Of a stretch of DNA of 64,000 bases, positions 39,520-46,893 are shown in pieces. Numbering within the stretch: position 1 is the stretch's first letter; each line of letters begins with the position of its first letter. The notes under the pieces are model-generated. The model had not been told where the DNA came from, did not search any database, and saw nothing but the letters and a program-made list of their open reading frames with translations. This DNA is from Gammaproteobacteria bacterium (GTDB lineage: Bacteria > Pseudomonadota > Gammaproteobacteria > VBWC01): positions 1,408-65,407 of the forward strand of contig VBWC01000017.1 of the NCBI GenBank assembly GCA_006218035.1. The letters run 5' to 3'. Made by a program: the position numbers and the translations under genes.

Positions 39520-40077
39520 ATGTTGAGATATCTGCTGTTACCAATAATCGCCCTGATCCTCAGTGCGCCCGTCCGGGCGGACAACACCGCCGACACGGCG
39601 CAGGCCGGCATCAACTATGCGACCTTGTACGGCAACCGCTTTGAACTGGCGGCCGCTGACGACACGGCCGATAAAACGCCCGATGTGCGCCGTGACAAGG
39701 AAGCGAGCGATGACAAGCCGCTGTTCGAAGAGCGCTGGTTTACCGCCAACAAGATGCACAAATACCTCGGTATCGGTTCGATCGGCGCGGCCGCGCTGAC
39801 ACTGCTGGCGCCCAAGGAGGAGGATGGCGCGCATGAATTTCTCGCCAGGACCGCCGCAGCGCTGGGTGTTGGCGCGGTCGCTACCGGCCTGACGTTTCAC
39901 TGGAATGATTTTGATCTGAGCGAAGGCTTCAAAAATCCCGACAACACCCATATGTTGCTGACCACACTGGGCACGCTCGGCTTCCTGTATGCGGTCAGCA
40001 AGGCGCCGGAGGCCCATGGCGGCGTCGGCGCGGCGAGCGCGATCGGCATGCTGGTCGGCATCAAGATGACATGGTAA
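39520..40077 (+). CDS. Hypothetical exported/membrane protein in the cytochrome operon
   Basis: Signal peptide MLRYLLLPIIALILSAPVRA plus three predicted hydrophobic helices. It lies 16 bp after the b561 gene. Confidence 0.5.
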   Translation: MLRYLLLPIIALILSAPVRADNTADTAQAGINYATLYGNRFELAAADDTADKTPDVRRDKEASDDKPLFEERWFTANKMHKYLGIGSIGAAALTLLAPKEEDGAHEFLARTAAALGVGAVATGLTFHWNDFDLSEGFKNPDNTHMLLTTLGTLGFLYAVSKAPEAHGGVGAASAIGMLVGIKMTW

Positions 40078-40095
40078 CAAGTGGTAGAGGTCGTT

Positions 40096-40488
40096 ATGAG
40101 GAAGCATCTGTTGTTTTTAGCAGCAATTACAGTAGCGCAACCCGCCTGGTCGATCTCCGTTGACGAGGCGATTGCGCATTACAACCCGCAGGGAACGCTG
40201 GCGTTAAACCCCAAACATGGTGATGAGCTGTGGCACCAGAAAAACATCGGTGAGGACGGCAAGGAGCGCGATTGCATGGCCTGCCACGGCAAGGACCTCA
40301 CCAAACCGGGCAAACATGTCAAGACCGGCAAGGTGATCGATCCGCTCGCACCGTCGGCGAACAAGGAACGGCTCACCGATCTCGAAAAAATCGAGAAATG
40401 GTTCACGCGAAATTGCAAATGGACCTACGGACGTGAATGTACAGATCAGGAGAAAGTCGATCTGCTCAAGTATCTGTCGGCGCTGTAA
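40096..40488 (+). CDS. DUF1924-type monoheme c-type cytochrome
   Basis: Signal peptide and a single CMACH heme-binding site. I chose the ATG at 40096 because of the upstream GAGG RBS. The listed ORF starts at GTG 40081. Confidence 0.7.
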   Translation: MRKHLLFLAAITVAQPAWSISVDEAIAHYNPQGTLALNPKHGDELWHQKNIGEDGKERDCMACHGKDLTKPGKHVKTGKVIDPLAPSANKERLTDLEKIEKWFTRNCKWTYGRECTDQEKVDLLKYLSAL

Positions 40489-40506
40489 TCATTACGAGAG
40501 GACATC

Positions 40507-41064
40507 ATGAAGAAATCCAGAGCGGTATTGTTATCCCTGATGATCGGCGCCGGCGCGATATCGCCCGTCCACGCCGACAGCTTTTTTACCGATGCCTTTT
40601 CGCTGGAGCGGAAGAAAGAGATCGCACCGGTGACCAGCGAAGCCTATCGCAAGGGCTGTGGCGAGTGTCACTTTCTTTATCAGCCGGGCCTGTTGCCGGA
40701 ACAGTCGTGGCGCAAACTACTCGATGCCAAGGCCCTCGAAGACCATTTCGGCGAGAACGCGGAGCTTTCGGACAAGGATCGCATTGCGATACTGGAATTT
40801 CTGGTCGCGAACTCGGCGGAAAAATCGAATTACAAACGCTCGAAGAAGATCATGGCGTCGCTGCAGCCGGGTGAAGCGCCGCTGCGCATCATCGAGGTGC
40901 CGTACATCAAGCGCAAGCACAACGAGATACCGGAAGACCTGATCAAGAAGAACGACAAGGTAAAGTCATTGAGCTATTGCGACAAATGCCACCAACAGGC
41001 CGATAAAAACAGCTTTGACGATGACGCCGTGAATATACCGGGACATGGCAACTGGACGTGGTAG
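40507..41064 (+). CDS. Diheme cytochrome c (DHC family)
   Basis: Signal peptide and two CxxCH sites (CGECH, CDKCH). The FLYQPGLLPEQSW context is typical of DHC. Confidence 0.75.
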   Translation: MKKSRAVLLSLMIGAGAISPVHADSFFTDAFSLERKKEIAPVTSEAYRKGCGECHFLYQPGLLPEQSWRKLLDAKALEDHFGENAELSDKDRIAILEFLVANSAEKSNYKRSKKIMASLQPGEAPLRIIEVPYIKRKHNEIPEDLIKKNDKVKSLSYCDKCHQQADKNSFDDDAVNIPGHGNWTW

Positions 41065-41083
41065 CAATGTTATTTTCGAAAGA

Positions 41084-41121
41084 TTTTCGCGCCTCGCTAT
41101 TGTCATAGTCAGGCGCGAAAA
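41084..41121. terminator. Bidirectional terminator-like hairpin between the convergent DHC and bcp genes
   Basis: TTTTCGCGCC-18 nt-GGCGCGAAAA. Confidence 0.5.
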
Positions 41122-41140
41122 TAATCGCTGCGTGCCGCCT

Positions 41141-41605
41141 TTACAGCTTCTTTACTATCACCAGCATCGCCTGCGCGTGGCCGTCCGGGGTGACGCCGTA
41201 TAAAACCTCTTGCAGGACACCGTTTTTATCTACGACGAAGGTTGACCGAACAATCCCCATCTTCTTCACACCGTCCTTTTCTTTTTCCTGCCAGACGCCG
41301 TAGCTGCTGCAAACCCGGCCATCCGGATCCGAGATCAGCGCGACGTTCAGGCCATATTTCTTAATAAATGCGCGGTGACTGTCGCAGGAATCCTTGCTGA
41401 CACCAATCACCACCGTGTCGTATTTTGCAAATTCTCCGGCCAGGTCCGTAAACTGCTTTGCCTCAATCGTACAGCCGGGCGTATCGTCCTTCGGGTAGAA
41501 ATACAGCACCACGTTTTTGCGGTTCCGAAAATCCGCGAGGCTGATTGGCTTATCGTCCTGATTCACGGCGTTGAACGCCGGTGCGGTGTCATTTTTCTTT
41601 AGCAT
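41141..41605 (-). CDS. bcp: Thioredoxin-dependent peroxiredoxin Bcp
   Basis: MLKKNDTAPAFNAVNQDDKPISLADF...FYPKDDTPGCT. I chose the start at the internal ATG, which has an AAGGAAG RBS. Confidence 0.9.
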   Translation of the reverse strand: MLKKNDTAPAFNAVNQDDKPISLADFRNRKNVVLYFYPKDDTPGCTIEAKQFTDLAGEFAKYDTVVIGVSKDSCDSHRAFIKKYGLNVALISDPDGRVCSSYGVWQEKEKDGVKKMGIVRSTFVVDKNGVLQEVLYGVTPDGHAQAMLVIVKKL

Positions 41606-41682
41606 GTTTGCTTCCTTTAACATTCGGGTAGAGGTCGGACGGTAAATCTCGTGAGGGAGCAATTCCATAATTTATTGGTTAG

Positions 41683-41829
41683 CAGGCTGTTGAAAAACAG
41701 CCTGTGTGCGGTGCAGGGGCACACCGCCATTGTTCAAACAGGTTTTTATCTGTTTGAACAATGAAGCAAAGCAAAAATATTACTTTTTGCTTTGCGTGTT
41801 GGAAAATGCCATGGATGGACTTTTCCAAC
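41683..41829. other. Cluster of four consecutive perfect stem-loops in the bcp-greB spacer
   Basis: CAGGCTGT/ACAGCCTG (41683-41704). CATTGTTCAAACAG/CTGTTTGAACAATG (41728-41763). GCAAAGCAAAAA/TTTTTGCTTTGC (41766-41795). GTTGGAAAA/TTTTCCAAC (41798-41829). Confidence 0.6.
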
Positions 41830-42031
41830 ATCCTGTTAGAGACTAGCAAAGCGCACATCGTATGCGCAGGCCATAATAATTTGCGTCGTGGCGCCAGCCG
41901 CAGAGCTGAACCTGCCGACGCTTATGTCTCATGCGAAAGTAACCTACCTGCTAAAACGGTGGAAGTACAGCGGCGGCTCGCAAAGCTTGTTATGCCGCTG
42001 CTTACAATACATGGAGGTCATCAATCATTGT

Positions 42032-42096
42032 TATGGAAGCTCTGATTAATTTCTTGTCCGTCATTCCCGCGAAAGCGGGAATCCAGTGCCGCGAAT
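42032..42096. repeat. MITE/REP-like element, copy 3 (half element) abutting the greB stop codon
   Basis: TATGGAAGCTCTGATTAAT...CGTCATTCCCGCGAAAGCGGGAATCCAG. The right inverted repeat is absent. Confidence 0.8.
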
Positions 42097-42600
42097 TCAC
42101 GGCCCCGCCGTGTAGCGTATGTTGCACACGAGCAGGCACCGTTCACCCTCGGGTGTCTGCACCCGCACTTCGTCATCGACCGCCTTTTTAAACAGCGCCC
42201 TCGCCATCGGCGAGTCGATACTGATGAATCCCTGTTGGGCATCGGTCTCGTCGGCACCGACGATACGATAGGTGACCTCAGTGCCGCCTTCATCTTCCAG
42301 AGTGACCCATGCACCGAAGAAGATATGGCCCTGGTCTTTTGGCGTGTCGTGCACGACCGTGAGGTCAGGCAGCCGTTTCTGCAGGTACCGGATACGGCTG
42401 TCGATCTCGCGCAGTTCTTTTTTACGATAAATGTACTCGGCATTTTCGGAACGATCCCCTTCCGCCGCTGCCGCAGAAAGCGCCTGCACGACAGGCTGGC
42501 GGCGCTTCCACAGCGTCTTGAGCTCGTCATCCAGCACCGTGTAGCCGGCGGGCGTTATATAGGGCGATGACTTCGGTTGCGGTGGGCGATAGCGTGACAT
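42097..42600 (-). CDS. greB: Transcription elongation factor GreB
   Basis: [18 protein letters not shown]...[21 protein letters not shown] chose the start at internal Met 42600. Confidence 0.9.
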   Translation of the reverse strand: MSRYRPPQPKSSPYITPAGYTVLDDELKTLWKRRQPVVQALSAAAAEGDRSENAEYIYRKKELREIDSRIRYLQKRLPDLTVVHDTPKDQGHIFFGAWVTLEDEGGTEVTYRIVGADETDAQQGFISIDSPMARALFKKAVDDEVRVQTPEGERCLLVCNIRYTAGP

Positions 42601-42925
42601 CGTTTGCTCTTTGCGAGCCTGGTCGGCTTTCTCGTTTTTGATATTGCGTATCACCCTGAGGACAGCAGCGCCGACGTTGGCAACAAAGCCATGCTCAATC
42701 AGGATTGGTAATTCTATGTCGATGATCCGCTAACAATCGAGCAATCCAAGCGCGCCTTCCAACTCACACTGGCTGGAGTGCAATCATTAACAAAGGAACG
42801 CAACCCCCCATAGGGACGTTCACGATTGAAGAATTCTCCAAAAGTCTCAGATCAGCCAAGAGCGGACGCTCAGGTTTAAAAAGTTAAGTGATTTTTCATC
42901 TTCTAAAGCCACCCCATGCGCTCTT

Positions 42926-44695
42926 TCATCGCATTTTCTCACTGATGCTCTTTAGCTTGGGCTCCGCCTCTTCCAAGACAGCTGATAATCTCTCAAGTGA
43001 GCCGCCAAACAGGCCGCCACCTAAAGGTGGCCATGATTTATCTGATTTCCCTATTGCATTTCTTGCTTGCATTGCCAACCAGTCAACGTCACGCTCTTTA
43101 TGTTTCCAGATAAATGCGCCATAAGGCGTCCAAATATCGCTCCGTCCTAATTCCTTCTCCGCATCGACGTGAAGAAGGCACCACAGATATTCGAAATCAT
43201 CGAATGCTCTCTCATACTGTGTATCATCCGGAATTAGAATTCTGAGCGGGTCTCGAAGCCGCCTGCTCAAATAATCACTTACTGGAGTGTATTTCTGCGC
43301 CATCCCTTCGATAAGTTTTCGAGCATGGTCTCGATCCATCACATTGTGCGTATAAATACGGACAGGTGCTACCACACTTTTATCGTCGTCATGTTTTATG
43401 AAACTAGGACGTGATGCAATTTCATGAAGTACTGAGTAGTTCTCCGAGACAACGGCTGCAATCCCTGCGGCATAGACAAGTAGCAAGGCGGGATAACGCC
43501 TAATATTTGTCCACACCTGGTATCCACCCGTAGATACCGCCTTACCTATGATCAAATGGAACGCATCAAAGAAGGACCTTGCCTGACTGGGGCGAGCGAA
43601 GAAAGAACCGTTTGCGAATATATGGATTAGTTTTTCGCAACTAGCCTCTAATCGTAGCATTAAGTCGCCAACAGAATGTTTATCTGGAGCGACTCCTTCC
43701 ATATGGGAGAAGGCAGTATCAATAGCCGACCCTGCCTGCCCGGCCTCTGCTACAAGAAAATCACGTAATCGGATTCTGTATTTTTCCTCACTTAAATATC
43801 TTTTCAATGTAACAACAGCTGCCTGAGTAGTAACCGGATGTGGTCGGTCAAATTCCTCTAACGCGCCCACTTTTTCAAGGAGTGTCGGAAAGAAACCGTC
43901 AGCGTCTTTTATTTTGATAAAATCTGCGCTGTGCAGGGATATAAGTTTCTTGGCTTGCCCTCCTGGATCAGAGCGGCCTGTCCAATACATTGGGTACCGC
44001 CGTGTTTTAGACCTCTCTAAAGCTTTGCGTAGAGCCAAATCGTAATCGGCTGACCAGCCACAACAGATTAAACCATACTCATCGAAGATCTGGTCAAGTA
44101 GTCGATTCATCGGTGGCGCATATTTCGAGAGCGCTTCAAGTGAGTTCTTGATTCTGTGATCTAGATAGTCGCCATGAACCTTGATAACGGTACACTTTGA
44201 ATGAGCAAGTGGTGGCGCGCCCTTAGCAGCATCTGGCGACGCGATAACGATTGGCGCAATACCCTCGCCTTCAAGCGCGTTCTCAATCAGTCTATCAAAA
44301 TTTGTTGTTACAATAACTCGGATATGACCCGTAGCTACTAATTGGGCAATCGCCTTATGGGCAACGGTTGGAAGCTTTTTCCCTTCCTCCCTTTCTTCGT
44401 CAGATGGTTCGAAATACTGCTTTAACAGCTGCTGTTGCGCAGCTGATGTCGGAGCTATAGTTGCCAATAGCTCCGAATAATCCGGTTCCTTTTTGAACTT
44501 TTCTAAATACCATCCCGCTTCGTCACCTTCGCAATCCTCTTCATGAAGATGCGCGAGCTTAGAGACGAGATTAAGTGTAATTTCCCAGCCGGTAGGGATG
44601 CTTGCGCTACGTGAAACACCTGAACCAAGTAATAATGCGTACGTACCCTTCTGGGCGTGAACGTTAAATGAAAGAGTGAGAAGCGGATCTATCAT
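42926..44695 (-). CDS. SIR2-family (SIR2_2-type) protein with an unassigned ~310-aa C-terminal domain
   Basis: LLLGSGVSRSASIPTGWE, VIVTTNFDRLIE and VIKVHGDY motifs in the N-terminal ~270 aa. The gene is AT-rich: a hand count gives 26/60 G+C at 43801-43860, against 40/60 at 20401-20460. Confidence 0.8.
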   Translation of the reverse strand: MIDPLLTLSFNVHAQKGTYALLLGSGVSRSASIPTGWEITLNLVSKLAHLHEEDCEGDEAGWYLEKFKKEPDYSELLATIAPTSAAQQQLLKQYFEPSDEEREEGKKLPTVAHKAIAQLVATGHIRVIVTTNFDRLIENALEGEGIAPIVIASPDAAKGAPPLAHSKCTVIKVHGDYLDHRIKNSLEALSKYAPPMNRLLDQIFDEYGLICCGWSADYDLALRKALERSKTRRYPMYWTGRSDPGGQAKKLISLHSADFIKIKDADGFFPTLLEKVGALEEFDRPHPVTTQAAVVTLKRYLSEEKYRIRLRDFLVAEAGQAGSAIDTAFSHMEGVAPDKHSVGDLMLRLEASCEKLIHIFANGSFFARPSQARSFFDAFHLIIGKAVSTGGYQVWTNIRRYPALLLVYAAGIAAVVSENYSVLHEIASRPSFIKHDDDKSVVAPVRIYTHNVMDRDHARKLIEGMAQKYTPVSDYLSRRLRDPLRILIPDDTQYERAFDDFEYLWCLLHVDAEKELGRSDIWTPYGAFIWKHKERDVDWLAMQARNAIGKSDKSWPPLGGGLFGGSLERLSAVLEEAEPKLKSISEKMR

Positions 44696-44986
44696 TATTT
44701 ATCTCTATAATAAATCGTATCGTTCCACATATAGCACTTACACTAACAAAAAACAGAAGCACGTGTAACGTCTCCTCTTAGGCTCGGATGCAGCCGTTCA
44801 CCGGAGCCGAGAGTGGAAGCTTGCGCGTCTCTTGGTAACCTTTGGTGACCGAGAGGCAACGGCTGCGGTCGCCGGGAAGAAAATGCCATTAAAACAGGGA
44901 CCAGGTTCCCGCCGCTACGTGAAACGGTCCGGCCCAGGTAAGACCTTTATTTCCCCCGCACACCGGTCCTTGTCATGCGGCGTGAC

Positions 44987-45204
44987 TTATTCCACCGTCA
45001 CCGACTTGGCGAGGTTGCGTGGCTGGTCGACGTCGGTGCCCTTGAAGACGGCGACGTGGTAGGCGAGCAGTTGCAGCGGGATGGTGAAGATGATCGGCGA
45101 GATTTCGTCTTCGGTCGGCGCGACGTTCAGCACCTGCACGCCCGGGCCAGAGCGCACATCGGTCCCTGAATCGGCGAACACGATCAACTGGCCGCCGCGC
45201 GCGC
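44987..45204 (-). pseudogene. Displaced duplicate of the glmS 3' end (last 72 codons plus stop)
   Basis: 218 bp that match 46894-47111 with 7 mismatches by hand alignment. It encodes ...[64 protein letters not shown]. Confidence 0.9.
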
Positions 45205-45210
45205 ATTCTC

Positions 45211-46557
45211 CTATTTCAACGCCTCCAGCTTTTGTCTGAGATTGGCGGTCACCGTAAATGAGAACGCCCTGCCAATGGTCGTTTTTTCCAGAAACCCCAG
45301 ATCGACCAATTTGAGAAGATCGGTTCTGGCTGTGTCATAGGTGACATTATGCGAACCGCGATGACTCTGGATGGTAAAAATCGAATCAGGGCTTTTCAGT
45401 GCTCGATTTAACAAAGCGATTTGCCGATAATTTAATGATCCCTGCAGATCTTTCCTGATCAAGTGTTCTACGGTCTTTATCTCGGTCGCTTTCTTTTCAA
45501 GATACGTTAACAGGTCTTTTATAGCACTGTTTATGACCTCCAGTTGGTGGACAATAAAGTAGGTAACGTCGTTGTCGTCCGTTTCTGTGTATAAATATGC
45601 CCTTGTATATTTTACCGGCGCAGACTTCAATATCCTCGAGATCGATATAAATTCCATGGTCCAATAATCCTGTTTCAACATGGCCCAATAGAAAAGTGCC
45701 CGCGCGGTTCGCCCATTACCATCCTCGAACGGGTGATCATATGCCAGAAGAAAGTGAAGAATAATTGCCCTGATAACCGGATGAAGGAAAAAAGCCGAAT
45801 CTGTTGCATTGGCGAATTCACATATGTTCTGAAGCCTCGCGGCCAGATCTTTTGCTTTCGGTGGTACATAGATGATGGTTGCGTCTCTTTCATCACCGAC
45901 ATAGATATCATCGGACGTACGCAATCGCCCTACGGCCTTTGGATTATCCAACGTGTCGACTGTTAATATTCTATGCAGCTCAAATACCAGTTCCGGTGAG
46001 AGATCCTCGGTATAGATGTCGTTAATGAACTCCATCGCATAATAATTGTTCACTATCATTCTTTCCGATCTGTTTCGCGGCTTGCGTTTTTGCCGTAGCA
46101 TTTCCTTCGCTACTTTTCGGGTCGTTGCAGCGCCTTCAAGCTGACTCGACGTGATTGACTCCTCGATTAACGAATTAATCAGGTAGGTATCCCTGGTATT
46201 GGGATTAGCCACCTGTTCGCTGGCCTTCAATTCTCCGCCGCCATGAATGTCGATTTCGTGCAACAAGCGACGGACTACGTCAGGTTCCGCATAAACGAAG
46301 GGCTTACCCTCCTTGTCCAGGTGCGGAATTGTTCTGTAGAGGGCTCTACGTGCGAATTTTATGGCGAGCCACCATTCTGCGTGGCTCAAATCCTGAGGCG
46401 GTTGTTTTAGATGCCGTAGTTTGTCCCAATGGTAGTAGTTTCCTCCCGGATCAGGCCTGATTCCAAGAGACAAGATATTGCCCAGGCGCGTCGGCGAATC
46501 GCCCGCGGCTTTATTGAGCAGGGAATGGATGTCGGGCGCGGTAACCGGGATTTTCAT
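45211..46557 (-). CDS. Fic family protein (Fic domain with N-terminal inhibitory-helix motif and C-terminal wHTH-like region)
   Basis: [13 protein letters not shown] active-site motif. SSQLEG matches the (S/T)xxxE(G/N) inhibitory motif. The gene is AT-rich (hand count 24/60 G+C at 45601-45660). Confidence 0.85.
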   Translation of the reverse strand: MKIPVTAPDIHSLLNKAAGDSPTRLGNILSLGIRPDPGGNYYHWDKLRHLKQPPQDLSHAEWWLAIKFARRALYRTIPHLDKEGKPFVYAEPDVVRRLLHEIDIHGGGELKASEQVANPNTRDTYLINSLIEESITSSQLEGAATTRKVAKEMLRQKRKPRNRSERMIVNNYYAMEFINDIYTEDLSPELVFELHRILTVDTLDNPKAVGRLRTSDDIYVGDERDATIIYVPPKAKDLAARLQNICEFANATDSAFFLHPVIRAIILHFLLAYDHPFEDGNGRTARALFYWAMLKQDYWTMEFISISRILKSAPVKYTRAYLYTETDDNDVTYFIVHQLEVINSAIKDLLTYLEKKATEIKTVEHLIRKDLQGSLNYRQIALLNRALKSPDSIFTIQSHRGSHNVTYDTARTDLLKLVDLGFLEKTTIGRAFSFTVTANLRQKLEALK

Positions 46558-46566
46558 CGATAATAC

Positions 46567-46662
46567 TAAGGAAGCTCTGATTAATCATTTTGTTGTCATT
46601 CCCGCGAAAGCGGGAATCCAGTAACTCCGCCCGGAATGACGAATTAATCAGAGCTTCCCTAA
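46567..46662. repeat. MITE/REP-like element, copy 4 (near-perfect inverted repeat)
   Basis: TAAGGAAGCTCTGATTAATC...GTCATTCCCGCGAAAGCGGGAATCCAG...CCGGAATGACGAATTAATCAGAGCTTCCCTAA. Confidence 0.9.
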
Positions 46663-46703
46663 TTTGGATGCTATTGGCAGGAACATATCAAACCAAACAC
46701 CTT

Positions 46704-46832
46704 TTTACTACCAGCTTGGTAGAAATTGGTAGTAAATTGGCAGGTAACCTGTTCCGTTTACTACCAATCTGGTATAGATTGGTAGTAAATTGGTAGCTTG
46801 ATACAAGCTATCTTATTGATCTATTGATAGCT
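46704..46832. repeat. Iteron-like array of the 11-mer TTGGTAGTAAA in direct and inverted copies, plus an adjacent palindrome
   Basis: Exact TTGGTAGTAAA at 46726 and 46779. Exact inverted TTTACTACCAA at 46757. Variants at 46704, 46716, 46737, 46768 and 46790, mostly spaced 10-11 nt apart. The palindrome is AGCTATC-N13-GATAGCT at 46806-46832. Confidence 0.8.
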
Positions 46833-46893
46833 CGTCTGCGTGGGTAACTTGTACAACTCCGCTGATCCGCTGGTCCGGAAACGGGCGGGAGGC

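Noticed and set aside
41761-42045. A 94-aa ORF in the bcp-greB spacer.
   Set aside because: It starts inside the hairpin cluster and ends inside a MITE. It has no RBS or recognisable motif, so it is more likely non-coding.
42655-42925. Possible gene fragment or toxin-antitoxin remnant between greB and the SIR2 gene.
   Set aside because: Only very short open frames are present and nothing recognisable. No claim can be supported without a database search.
46590-46796. A 68-aa ORF (MLSFPRKRESS...) and the 80-aa and 72-aa ORFs at 19382-19624.
   Set aside because: These are translations of the MITE/REP hairpin (the SFPRKRES and PAKAGIQ artefact peptides) and of the iteron array. They are not genes.
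46833-46893. A Tn7-type insertion at an attTn7-like site downstream of glmS.
   Set aside because: There are no tnsABCD-like genes, no identifiable second end and no 5-bp target duplication. The 218-bp glmS repeat points to a different, recombinase-type mechanism. I keep the Tn7 idea only as a low-weight alternative in the iteron finding.
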